Of a stretch of 64,000 bases of DNA, positions 36,001 through 46,807 are shown piece by piece (positions within the stretch are counted from its first letter, which is position 1; each line of letters opens with the position of its first letter). Under the pieces are notes generated by a model. The model was not told the DNA's origin, searched no databases, and was given only the letters and a program-made list of their open reading frames with translations. The position numbers were made by a program, and so were the translations under genes. The stretch lies in assembly GCF_004323735.1 (NCBI RefSeq), contig NZ_CP036455.1, positions 241,101 to 305,100 on the forward strand, in the 5' to 3' direction. This DNA comes from Streptomonospora litoralis. GTDB taxonomy: Bacteria; Actinomycetota; Actinomycetes; Streptosporangiales; Streptosporangiaceae.

Positions 36001-38073
36001 GAGGGGTACGAACGCGGAGTCCACGACCACGACGCCGCGCAGCTGCTCGCTGCGCTGCTGCGTCTGCACACCGGTGCCGGGTTGCTGCGCTATCCCGGTC
36101 CGGACCGCGCCGCGGCCCAGCTGTACTGGGCCTTCGGCGCAGCCGAGGACGCCAAGTCCGCCTGGGCCACCCGGGCCGCCTCGCTCGCGCGCGCCCGCGA
36201 CGCCTTCGGCGGGCATCGCTCACCGGCGATCGGCGCGCTGTGCGCCGAGCTGGACGCCGCCGTCACCGGGTTCGCGGCCGAAACAGGCGTGCCGCAGCCG
36301 GACGGCGGTACCGGCATGGCGGGGGAGTACCTGTTCGAGGAGCTGGCCCAGGGCGGCGCGTTCGTCACCGCCGCCGGAGCCCGCACGCTGCTGGACCGCT
36401 TCGGCCGCGCACTCGGCGGCGGCGCCGCGGCGTCGCGTCAGGACTTCGAGCGCGACGTCCGTTCGCTGGGCACCGACCTGGCCGCCCGCCACCAGCTGGT
36501 GACGGCGTGGCTGGAGGCGTATCTGGCGAACGCGCAGCACACCGGCGACGCCTGGGACCTCGCCGAGGCGGCGGCGATCGAGCTGTGCGGCACCGCGGTG
36601 AACCGGCGTGAATCCTCTGCGGCGCTGAGCACCGAGGTCACCGGTCTGCTGGGGGCGCACCCGCGCGTCTCCGGCCGCCGGATGACGCTGCGGCTGGACG
36701 AGGTGCTGCCACGGGTGCGCCGCTTCCGCGCCGAGGAGGTCCCGGCCTTCCGCGACTACCAGCGCCGCCGCCACGAGCTGGTCGCCCGCGAGCGCACCCG
36801 CCTGCGGCTGGAGGAGTACCGCCCCTCGGTGATGAGCGGGTTCGTGCGCAACCGGCTGCTGGACGAGGCCTACCTGCCGCTGATCGGCGACAACCTCGCC
36901 AAGCAGCTCGGCGCGGCCGGCGACGACAAGCGCACCGACCAGAGCGGCCTGCTGCTGCTCATCTCACCGCCCGGCTACGGCAAGACCACGCTGATGGAGT
37001 ACGTCGCCAGCCGGCTCGGCCTGGTGTTCGTCAAGGTCGACGGCCCCGCGCTGGGGCACGCGGTCACTTCGCTGGACCCCGCCGAAGCGCCGGACGCCAC
37101 CGCCCGCCAGGAGGTCGAGAAGATCAACTTCGCCCTGGAGATGGGTAGCAACGCGCTGCTGTACCTGGACGACATTCAGCACACCGACCCGGAGCTGCTG
37201 CAGAAGTTCATCTCGCTGTGCGACGGCCAGCGGCGCATGGAGGGCGTGTGGGAGGGCCGCACCCGCACCTACGACCTGCGGGGCAAGCGGTTCGCGGTCT
37301 GTATGGCAGGCAACCCCTACACCGAGCAGGGCAGCCGGTTCCGCGTCCCCGACATGCTGGCCAACCGCGCCGACGTCTACAACCTCGGCGACGTCCTCTC
37401 CGGCCGCGACGAGCTGTTCGCGCTCAGCTACATCGAGAACGCACTGACGTCCAACCCGGTGCTGGCGCCGCTGTCCACCCGCGAGCGCGGCGACATCGAG
37501 CTGCTGGTGCGCATGGCCAAGGGCGACGAATCGGTGCGCGCCGACCAGCTGTCCCACCCCTACTCGCGGGTGGAGCTGGAGCAGGTGCAGGCGGTGCTGG
37601 CCAAACTGGTGCGCGTCCAGCAGGTGGTGCTGGCCGCCAACCAGACCTACATCGCCTCGGCGGCCCAGGCCGACGAGTCCCGCACCGAGCCGCCGTTCCG
37701 GCTGCAGGGCTCCTACCGCAACATGAACCGGCTGGCCGAGAAAGTCGTCCCGGTGATGAACGAGACCGAGTTGGAGGCCGCAATCGACGACCACTACCTC
37801 GGCGAAGCCCAGACCCTCACCTCCGGCGCGGAGGCCAACCTGCTCAAGCTGGCCGAAATTCGCGGCACACTCACCGCCGAGCAGGCCGAGCGCTGGGAGC
37901 AGGTCAAGGCCGCCTACCGCCGCGCGAAGGCCCTCGGCGGCGACGGCGACGACCCGATGAGCCGGGCCGTGGGTGCGGTGGGCCTGCTGGCCGACCGCGT
38001 CGGCGCGGTGGAGGAGGCCATCGAGCGGGCGGCGGGGGCGTTCGTCGCACGGGATCCGGGACAGGGCCGATAG
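33013..38073 (+). CDS. Giant 1,686-aa protein with a C-terminal AAA+ P-loop ATPase domain. It is flotillin-associated and of unknown function
   Basis: GTG start 4 nt after the flotillin stop. Walker A LLLISPPGYGKTT (about 36964-36990). Walker B LLYLDDIQHTD (about 37159-37191), and RVPDMLANRADVYNLG. The N-terminal roughly 550 aa is beta-rich and the central region is helical. Confidence 0.8.
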   Translation: MTDVATEGSAAEADPSPDPAQASPGSALDAGTYDVLRSRLADRAQELARRAEALNSRRVEVFGGNELSLVGTARIRTENNCVPRDIVSVDGYMLFGYNVYIGLKPETAVGDVFSLHTFVRGTEETSGAFRFDDADFARLPDLLSAPQFQRDFGELYRYYRETRLMQLRRVEEKLLAVFQTGPRTEDVRVLRWKVSADGAVSYLDNRGQRDHVFPPPYDFEWTPTTRDDHVQGRHPHISVLNELFVETVGGTLTVKIENNTEVGEGVYSEPVDEPLQSLADAEVSYARIGALVLLRVLPYNESAARYLVFNSRTKDVVRLDGIGQACRLLPEDQGVIFPGGYYLATGTAKTFDAKLDDLEFEKVVRSPNGEDVLYVFHARKEGRSLLLPYNVIRKEVAAPIPCHGYSLFDDGTLVVFRAASEEPTRVHPMQVWQTPYVSDEYAAAQPTGTGPLERVGNAELVRGVSDCLSVARMVEEMTPSTPVFEALIANCKRVFDHYPWLDDTELGDLHGPLTEVRGTAEQVLDEFEKVQALTGQAERAVQEAAEQVASLVRRSRGETPRTAEGWVGRLTELRRAQGHLVTLREMRYVDTGRVDGLDSSLADELDSAGRRAVEFLQGEDAFSAYHTEVDRLVADAEAIGAVAEAEPVAARIAEQTEGLEIVTEVVGSLEIADARVRTAILERIGEVLGGVNRARATLEARRGELLDSEGRAEFAAEFALLGQAVTGALAAADSPDRCDEQLGRLMLQMENLESRFAEFDGFLEELSAKRDDVYEAFSARKQALLDERARRADRLVESAERVLSTVTRRVAGLDSADEVNTYFASDPMVAKLRSSAEELRGLGDTVRAEELEGRLKAARQEAGRALRDRADLYDGGGDTIRLGRHRFAVNTQPLDLTLVPGDGAMSLSITGTDFRLPVTDPDFLATRPLWERSLVSESPEVYRAEYLAVSILADAGVGAGPVPSLAELDRAAAEGGDDPGAGLLPIVRSAAEERYDEGYERGVHDHDAAQLLAALLRLHTGAGLLRYPGPDRAAAQLYWAFGAAEDAKSAWATRAASLARARDAFGGHRSPAIGALCAELDAAVTGFAAETGVPQPDGGTGMAGEYLFEELAQGGAFVTAAGARTLLDRFGRALGGGAAASRQDFERDVRSLGTDLAARHQLVTAWLEAYLANAQHTGDAWDLAEAAAIELCGTAVNRRESSAALSTEVTGLLGAHPRVSGRRMTLRLDEVLPRVRRFRAEEVPAFRDYQRRRHELVARERTRLRLEEYRPSVMSGFVRNRLLDEAYLPLIGDNLAKQLGAAGDDKRTDQSGLLLLISPPGYGKTTLMEYVASRLGLVFVKVDGPALGHAVTSLDPAEAPDATARQEVEKINFALEMGSNALLYLDDIQHTDPELLQKFISLCDGQRRMEGVWEGRTRTYDLRGKRFAVCMAGNPYTEQGSRFRVPDMLANRADVYNLGDVLSGRDELFALSYIENALTSNPVLAPLSTRERGDIELLVRMAKGDESVRADQLSHPYSRVELEQVQAVLAKLVRVQQVVLAANQTYIASAAQADESRTEPPFRLQGSYRNMNRLAEKVVPVMNETELEAAIDDHYLGEAQTLTSGAEANLLKLAEIRGTLTAEQAERWEQVKAAYRRAKALGGDGDDPMSRAVGAVGLLADRVGAVEEAIERAAGAFVARDPGQGR

Positions 38074-38205
38074 ACCGGGGCCGTCCCGTCGAGGGCCCGC
38101 GGCTCGGCTGAACGTTCGGCCGAACCGCGGGCCATCTATCGCGGTGGGACGGGCGCCGGGTGACGGGACTCTCTACCCGCCGACAGCGGGGCCCGCTGGC
38201 CGAGC

Positions 38206-38238
38206 ACTACTACCGGGTAGTAACATGATGTTGTTACC
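38206..38238. promoter_or_regulatory. Operator-like palindromic site upstream of the acyl-CoA dehydrogenase gene
   Basis: ACTACCgGGTAGT overlapping GGTAGTAACAtgaTGTTGTTACC. It shares the core TAGTAACAT with the site at 49166-49186. Confidence 0.5.
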
Positions 38239-38291
38239 AGTCAGTAGATCGCGTGTGCACACACCGCGGCCCGGACAAGCGGAGCGCGCCC

Positions 38292-40115
38292 ATGACGCAC
38301 TACAAGAGCAATGTCCGCGACCTCGAGTTCAACCTCTTCGAGGTCTTCAAGCGCCAGGACGTGCTGGGCAGCGGCCCGTTCGAGGAGCTGGACGAGGACA
38401 CGGCCCGCACCATCCTCGACGAGGTGAACCGGCTCGCCACCGGCGCGGTCGCCGAGTCCTTCGAGGACGGCGACCGCAACCCGCCGGTGTTCGACCCCGC
38501 CACCGGTGCCGCCACCCTTCCCGAGAGCCTGAAGAAGTCCTACCGGGCCTACATGGACGCCGGCTGGTACAACCTCGACCTGCCCCCGGAGCTGGGCGGC
38601 CTCAACGCGCCGCGCACGCTCGCGTGGGCCGCGGCCGAGCTGATCCTCGGCGCCAACCCCGCTGTGCACATGTACGCGGCCGGTCCGGGCTTCGCCAAGG
38701 TGCTCTACGAGGAAGGCAACGACACCCAGAAGCGGATCGCCCAGCAGGCCATCGACCGCGGCTGGGGCGCCACCATGGTGCTCACCGAGCCCGACGCGGG
38801 CTCCGACGTCGGCGCCGGGCGCACCAAGGCCGCCGATCAGGGCGACGGCACCTGGCACATCGAGGGGGTGAAGCGCTTCATCACCTCCGCCGAGCAGGAC
38901 ATGACCGAGAACATCTTCCACCTGGTCCTGGCGCGCCCCGAGGGCGCCAAGCCCGGCACCAAGGGCCTCTCGCTGTTCCTGGTACCGAAGTTCCTCATCA
39001 ACGAGGACGGCTCGCCCGGCGAGCGCAACGGCGTCTACGTCACCAACGTCGAGCACAAGATGGGCCTGAAGGCGTCCACCACCTGCGAGCTGACGTTCGG
39101 CGCCAAACACCCCGCCGTCGGCTACCTGGTCGGCGACAAGCACGACGGCATCCGGCAGATGTTCCTGGTCATCGAGCACGCCCGGATGATGGTGGGCACC
39201 AAGGCCATCGCCACGCTCTCCACCGGCTACCTCAACGCGCTGGAGTACGCCAAGGAGCGCAAGCAGGGCGCCGACCTGACCCGGATGGCCGACAAGACCG
39301 CGCCGCGGGTGTCCATCACCCAGCACCCCGACGTCCGGCGCAGCCTGATGACGCAGAAGGCGTACACCGAGGGGCTGCGCGCGCTGGTCATCTACACCGC
39401 AAGCCAGCAGGACGCGGTTCAGATCGCCGAGCACGAGGGCGCCGACCACAGCGCCACGGACGCGCTCAACGACCTGCTGCTGCCCATCGTCAAGGGCGTG
39501 GGCTCCGAGCGCTCCTACGCGCTGCTCGCCGAGTCGCTGCAGACGCTGGGCGGGTCCGGCTACCTGCAGGACTACCCGCTGGAGCAGTACATCCGCGACG
39601 CCAAGATCGACACCCTCTACGAGGGCACCACCGCGATCCAGGCGCAGGACTTCTTCTTCCGCAAGATCGTGAAGAACAACGGCGAGGCGTTCGGCCGGCT
39701 CGTCGGCGAGATCAAGGAGTTCGCCGCGGGCGAGGCCGGCAACGGACGGCTCAAGAAGGAGCGGGCCGCCCTTGCCGAGGCCGCCGAACACGTGGAGAAG
39801 ATGGTCGAGACCATGGTCAACGACCTGATGCGCTCCGCCGAGCAGACCGACGAGCTCTACAAGGTCGGGCTGAACACCACCCGCCTGCTGATGAGCGCCG
39901 GCGACCTGGTGCTGGGCTGGCTGCTGCTGCGCCAGTCAGAGGTCGCCCTCGGCGCGCTCGACGGAGCCGACGACGCCGACCGCGACTTCTACACCGGCAA
40001 GGTCGCCGCCGCGAGCTTCTTCGCCGACCAGGTCCTGCCGCGCCTGGCGGGCGAGCGCGCGATCGTGGAGAACACCACCCTCGACCTCATGGAGGTCCCG
40101 GAGGCGGCGTTCTAG
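38292..40115 (+). CDS. Long-type acyl-CoA dehydrogenase (FadE5-like, about 607 aa)
   Basis: [18 protein letters not shown]... N-terminal extension, then the ACAD fold (...[20 protein letters not shown]..., ...[31 protein letters not shown]). Confidence 0.85.
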   Translation: MTHYKSNVRDLEFNLFEVFKRQDVLGSGPFEELDEDTARTILDEVNRLATGAVAESFEDGDRNPPVFDPATGAATLPESLKKSYRAYMDAGWYNLDLPPELGGLNAPRTLAWAAAELILGANPAVHMYAAGPGFAKVLYEEGNDTQKRIAQQAIDRGWGATMVLTEPDAGSDVGAGRTKAADQGDGTWHIEGVKRFITSAEQDMTENIFHLVLARPEGAKPGTKGLSLFLVPKFLINEDGSPGERNGVYVTNVEHKMGLKASTTCELTFGAKHPAVGYLVGDKHDGIRQMFLVIEHARMMVGTKAIATLSTGYLNALEYAKERKQGADLTRMADKTAPRVSITQHPDVRRSLMTQKAYTEGLRALVIYTASQQDAVQIAEHEGADHSATDALNDLLLPIVKGVGSERSYALLAESLQTLGGSGYLQDYPLEQYIRDAKIDTLYEGTTAIQAQDFFFRKIVKNNGEAFGRLVGEIKEFAAGEAGNGRLKKERAALAEAAEHVEKMVETMVNDLMRSAEQTDELYKVGLNTTRLLMSAGDLVLGWLLLRQSEVALGALDGADDADRDFYTGKVAAASFFADQVLPRLAGERAIVENTTLDLMEVPEAAF

Positions 40116-40128
40116 CCGCTTCGCTGTA

Positions 40129-40160
40129 CCCCGGGGCGGCGACCCCGCCCCGGCCTTTCC
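40129..40160. terminator. GC hairpin between convergent genes (candidate bidirectional terminator)
   Basis: ccggggcgg cgac ccgccccgg followed by cctttcc, directly after the acyl-CoA dehydrogenase stop. Confidence 0.45.
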
Positions 40161-40231
40161 GGCCCGGTGCGCACGATCCCTGCGCGCCGGGCCGTTGTGC
40201 GTCTGCGCCGATCAGCCGGGGGCAAAAGGGT

Positions 40232-40501
40232 TCAGGCCGCGGTGTCCACCCGCCTGGCGAGAGCGACGTACTGCTCAAGAGCACCGGGCAGCACGTCCAA
40301 GTGGACCATGCTGCCGCTCGGATGGGTCGTGACGTCCACCACGACCGCGACGGCGGGGGCGTCGTCGTCGCCGGCGACGACGACGGCACCGGCGACGATG
40401 ATCGACGGATCACGGGCCTCGTCGAGAAAAGTCCACACGTATCCGGTCTCGTCCTCGGCGTTGAGGTCGGCGGCAATGTCTACTGAGACCATCCCTGTCA
40501 C
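40232..40501 (-). CDS. Hypothetical small acidic protein (86-89 aa), downstream member of the coupled pair
   Basis: ...MVSVDIAADLNAEDETGYVWTFLDEARDPSIIVAGAVVVAGDDDAPAVAVVVDVTTHPSGSMVHLDVLPGALEQYVALARRV. Start is either the GTG at 40501 (GTGA overlap) or the ATG at 40492. Confidence 0.4.
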   Translation of the reverse strand: MTGMVSVDIAADLNAEDETGYVWTFLDEARDPSIIVAGAVVVAGDDDAPAVAVVVDVTTHPSGSMVHLDVLPGALEQYVALARRVDTAA

Positions 40502-40920
40502 CTTCTCCGTCGCCTCGTCTCACCATATCGAGTGTTGGTTCGAGGTGGGCCCAACAGCTCCAGCAGTTTGTCGATCCGCTCCAGTGATCCCACCAACACG
40601 GTGGCATGCGGCCGGGTGAACGTGGGCAGAACATCGAACCCTGCGCTCACGAGCGCGTCGGCGGGAGTCATGTGCACGTCACGATAGGTCGAAAGCCGTC
40701 CCGCCAAGAGCCCGTCGAGCGACGAAGCGCCGACGTCGTCTACTGCGGCGAACACAGAGATCCCGAGGATGAAGGTGCCGTCAAGCGTGAAGGCACGTTG
40801 CATACGCAGGGCATGAGTTCTCAGTTTGGCCGTGGAGTCGGGCCCGCCGCGTAGCAGAATCACGTCCCGATGAAGGAGTTCGTGGCGAACGTTGTCTCGC
40901 AGGTCCGGGATGTCGCTCAC
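40498..40920 (-). CDS. Hypothetical protein (140 aa), upstream member of a coupled two-gene module
   Basis: GTG start. MSDIPDLRDNVRHELLHRDVILLRGGPDSTAKLRTHALRMQRAFTLDGTF.... Its stop overlaps the next gene's start. Confidence 0.4.
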   Translation of the reverse strand: MSDIPDLRDNVRHELLHRDVILLRGGPDSTAKLRTHALRMQRAFTLDGTFILGISVFAAVDDVGASSLDGLLAGRLSTYRDVHMTPADALVSAGFDVLPTFTRPHATVLVGSLERIDKLLELLGPPRTNTRYGETRRRRR

Positions 40921-41161
40921 GAGCTGTCACAGTAACGATGCTTAGCGCTGCTGTCCGGTGAATCGTCAAATCGCAGGACCGAATCCCGCCGCCCGGTGTC
41001 GCCCTCGGGCGTGTCCGAGTGCATCCGTGCGCCGGGCCTGCCGTTGGGGGGACGGATCCGACCGATCGGCGGCCGGGTGGACGTTTCCGGGATGCCGGGG
41101 CGTCGAACGGGTAGATGTAGCGGACGGGATCGCAACGTATGCGGTGCGGAGGAAGCGAATA

Positions 41162-41371
41162 ATGGGTATCGGACTCGGCATTTTTCTGTTCGTGATCGGG
41201 GCGGTGCTGAGTTTCGGCATCACCGCCGAGATCGCCGGACTGGACCTGAACGCCATAGGCACGATCTTCATGGCGGCCGGGGTGGTGGTGGTCGTGCTGA
41301 CCATCATCCTCATGGTGGTCCGCCGCGACCGCACCCGGCAGGCGGTTCAGGACGACAGCGACGTGATCTGA
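41162..41371 (+). CDS. Small membrane protein (69 aa, 2 TM helices)
   Basis: MGIGLGIFLFVIGAVLSFGITAEIAGLDLNAIGTIFMAAGVVVVVLTIILMVVRRDRTRQAVQDDSDVI. GGAGGAAG RBS. Confidence 0.5.
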   Translation: MGIGLGIFLFVIGAVLSFGITAEIAGLDLNAIGTIFMAAGVVVVVLTIILMVVRRDRTRQAVQDDSDVI

Positions 41372-41510
41372 TCCCGGGTGCCGCGGCCGCCCGCCTGCGG
41401 GAGGGCGGCCGCGGCACCCGGGAGACCGCGGACACGACGACGGCCCCGGCGCAGGAACCGCCGGGGCCGCCGTCGTCATGTGCCGTTCCCGCCGTGCGGC
41501 TGGACGGGCG

Positions 41511-44126
<2,616 letters not shown>

Positions 44127-44303
44127 GCGTCGCCGCCCCCTTCGCGCGTGATCGCTATGCGGTTTTCATAGAGGTGCCGTGGTGTCGGCGCGAAAGCCGT
44201 CCGGTGGAGTCCGCCGGGTCCGCCCCACCGTTTGCTTCCGCGGTCGGGCACGGGCCTCCCTCGCCGACCGCCCGCGGCGGCCGGCACGACCCGGCGGAAT
44301 TCG

Positions 44304-44729
44304 CTACTGGTCCGGCTCGGGCGGAGGAGAGGTGTTGAAGATCGTCAGCCGGGTGCGCCGCACCGGCAGCAGTTCGCCGCCTGTGCTCTCGCCCGCGGAG
44401 GAGCGCCGCGCGACTGCCGAACGGGCCGCGTCCAGCTCGTTGCGCAGGTGGAACACGTGCTCGTGCAGCTTTTCCACCTCGTCCTCCAACTCCAGGATGC
44501 GCTTGATCCCGGCGAGGTTGATGCCTTCCTCCTGGGAGAGCCGCTGCACCTCACGCAGCGTCCGGATGTCGCGCATGGAGTAGCGCCGCCCGCGCCCGGA
44601 GGCCCGGCCCGGCGAGACCAGGCCCAGCCGGTCGTACTGGCGCAGCGTCTGCGGATGCAGCCCGGACAGCTCGGCGGCCACCGAGATCACATAGACCGGG
44701 ATGTCGTCGCCCAGCCCCGGATTGGTCAT
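44304..44729 (-). CDS. hspR: Heat-shock repressor HspR (MerR family)
   Basis: [79 protein letters not shown].... Sits at the 3' end of the dnaK operon. Confidence 0.85.
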   Translation of the reverse strand: MTNPGLGDDIPVYVISVAAELSGLHPQTLRQYDRLGLVSPGRASGRGRRYSMRDIRTLREVQRLSQEEGINLAGIKRILELEDEVEKLHEHVFHLRNELDAARSAVARRSSAGESTGGELLPVRRTRLTIFNTSPPPEPDQ

Positions 44730-44734
44730 GACAT

Positions 44735-45889
44735 TCACATCCCCTTCGCGCGCGTCTCCAGACCGCTGCGCGGGTCCTGCTCCGCGGTCGCGGCGCGGAA
44801 CTTCTCCAGTGCCTCGCGGGCGTCGCCGCTGAGGCTCTGCGGCACCGACACCTCGACGGTGACCAGAAGGTCGCCTGCCGTGCCGTCCCGCCGAGCGGTT
44901 CCCTTGCCGCGGACGCGGAACGTGCGCCCGTTGGGGGTTCCCGGCGGGATCTTGACCGTGACCGGCAGACCGTTGAGCGTCGGCACCCGGACATCGGCGC
45001 CGAGCACGGCCTCGGGGAAGGTCACCGGGACGTTGATCGTCAGGTTGTCGCCGGACTTGCCGAACACGGGGTGCGGCTGCACATGTACCACCACATAGAG
45101 GTCTCCGGCCGGTCCACCGTGTTCGCCCGGCGCTCCTTTGCCCTTGAGCCGGATCCGCTGGCCGTCGGAGACGCCCGCGGGGATCCGCGCCTGGATGGTG
45201 CGGGTGCTCTTGCCGCGCCCGCTGCCGTTGCAGGTGGGGCAGGGGTCGTCGACGACGAGCCCGCGCCCCTTGCACTCGCTGCAGGGCTCCGACAGCGAGA
45301 ATCCGCCCAGATTCTGGTTCTCGTGCCCGGTGCCCGAGCACCTCGGGCACACCCGCGGCGCCGTGCCGGCCTTGGCGCCGGTGCCCTTGCAGGTGCCGCA
45401 CGCGGCGTCGCTGCTGAGCTGGAACGACCGGGTGAGACCGGTGGCCGCCTCGGCGAAGGACAGCCGTGTCTCGGTCTCGACGTCGGACCCGCGCCGGGGC
45501 TGGGTCGTGGTCCGGCCGCGGCCGCCGAACAGCCCGCCGAACAGGTCGCTCAGCCGCTCGCCGCCCCCGCCGGGCTGGCCGCCCCCCTGGCCGAACAGGT
45601 CGCCCAGGTCGAAGCCGCCCGCACCGGTGTTTCCGCCGGGCCGGTAGGAGCCGCCGAAGAGGGACCGGGCGTCGTCGTACTCCTTGCGCCGCTTCTCGTC
45701 GCTGAGCACGTTGTAAGCCTCGGAGATCTCCTTGAAGCGCTCCTCGGCCTGGGGGTCGCCGGTGTTGGCGTCGGGGTGGTTCTCACGCGCGAGCTTGCGA
45801 TAGGACTGCTTGATCTCGTCCTGCGAGGCGGTCTTTGAGACTCCGAGGACCTTGTAGTAGTCCTTCTCCAGGTAGTCCTTGGTGCTCAT
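44735..45889 (-). CDS. dnaJ: Chaperone DnaJ
   Basis: J-domain ([31 protein letters not shown]), G/F-rich region, four CxxCxGxG zinc-finger repeats. Confidence 0.9.
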   Translation of the reverse strand: MSTKDYLEKDYYKVLGVSKTASQDEIKQSYRKLARENHPDANTGDPQAEERFKEISEAYNVLSDEKRRKEYDDARSLFGGSYRPGGNTGAGGFDLGDLFGQGGGQPGGGGERLSDLFGGLFGGRGRTTTQPRRGSDVETETRLSFAEAATGLTRSFQLSSDAACGTCKGTGAKAGTAPRVCPRCSGTGHENQNLGGFSLSEPCSECKGRGLVVDDPCPTCNGSGRGKSTRTIQARIPAGVSDGQRIRLKGKGAPGEHGGPAGDLYVVVHVQPHPVFGKSGDNLTINVPVTFPEAVLGADVRVPTLNGLPVTVKIPPGTPNGRTFRVRGKGTARRDGTAGDLLVTVEVSVPQSLSGDAREALEKFRAATAEQDPRSGLETRAKGM

Positions 45890-46020
45890 CGACGTCTGCC
45901 TTCTCCCGCTTCGCGCTCTGGGTCGAATGGTCCCGGGCACCGGCCCCCGAGGCCCGCCGCGGCGGGCCGTCCGGTGTCCGAGCGCCCCGGGCGCCGCTCG
46001 GGCGCCCGGGGCTCGGCGGT

Positions 46021-46773
46021 TCACTGGTTGTCGCCACCGGTCCCGCCGGGCTGGTCGGGACCGGGCTCCTCGGTCGAGGCGCCCGGCTCGTCCGCCCCCG
46101 GTTGCGATTCGGCGGATTCCGCGGCCTCAGCGGCATCGTCCCCAGGACCCGCGACCACCACGCGTGCGGGGCGCAGAACGCGCTCGCCGATGGTGTAACC
46201 GGGCTGGAAGACCTCGATGACCGTGGGCACCGTGGCGTCGGGCGAGGGGACCATGGTCAGGGCCTCGTGGACGTTCGGGTCGAACTCGTCGCCCTGCTCG
46301 CCGTACTTCTTCAGCCCCAACTTGGTGACCAGCGCCTCCAGGGACTCGCCGACGGACTTGAAACCGCCGGTGAGCTCGTCGTGCTCCCGCGCCCGGCCGA
46401 TGTCGTCGATGATCGGCAGGAGTTCGCCGACCACCTGGGCCATGGCCTGCTCGCGCACGGCCACGCGGTCGCGCTCGACGCGCTTGCGGTAGTTGGCGTA
46501 CTCCGCCTGGATCCGCTTGAGGTCGTTGGTCAGCTCCACGACGTGCTCGCGGGCCTTGAGGAGCTCGCCTTCCTCGGCTGCACCGTCGACGACGACGGGC
46601 TCCTCCTCCTCGACGACCTCGACGTCGGCCTCAGGGGAGTCGGGAGCGACGCCCTCGGCGCCCGCGGCTCCCTCGGGCGTGCGGAGCTCGCCGGTCTCGG
46701 GGTCTATGCGACGCCTGTCGCGGACCACCGGTCCCTGCTGCTCCTCGCCGTTTTCGTTCTCCGGCAGCGCCAT
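46021..46773 (-). CDS. grpE: Nucleotide exchange factor GrpE
   Basis: ...LKRIQAEYANYRKRVERDR...KKYGEQGDEFDPNVHEAL.... The internal ATG at 46773 was chosen. Confidence 0.85.
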   Translation of the reverse strand: MALPENENGEEQQGPVVRDRRRIDPETGELRTPEGAAGAEGVAPDSPEADVEVVEEEEPVVVDGAAEEGELLKAREHVVELTNDLKRIQAEYANYRKRVERDRVAVREQAMAQVVGELLPIIDDIGRAREHDELTGGFKSVGESLEALVTKLGLKKYGEQGDEFDPNVHEALTMVPSPDATVPTVIEVFQPGYTIGERVLRPARVVVAGPGDDAAEAAESAESQPGADEPGASTEEPGPDQPGGTGGDNQ

Positions 46774-46807
46774 TGGCTGCGCCTCCCTTGACTTGCCTCT
46801 CGGCCGA

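Noticed and set aside
40921-41161. A possible small ORF (40958..41371 N-terminal extension, MNRQIAGPNPAARC…) upstream of the small membrane protein
   Set aside because: The extension is Arg/Cys/Ala-rich junk. The GGAGGAAG RBS sits before the internal ATG at 41162, which was used as the start.
44127-44303. Search for a HAIR (HspR operator) upstream of clpB
   Set aside because: No TTGAGT/ACTCAA inverted repeat is present in the hspR-clpB gap, so none was annotated.
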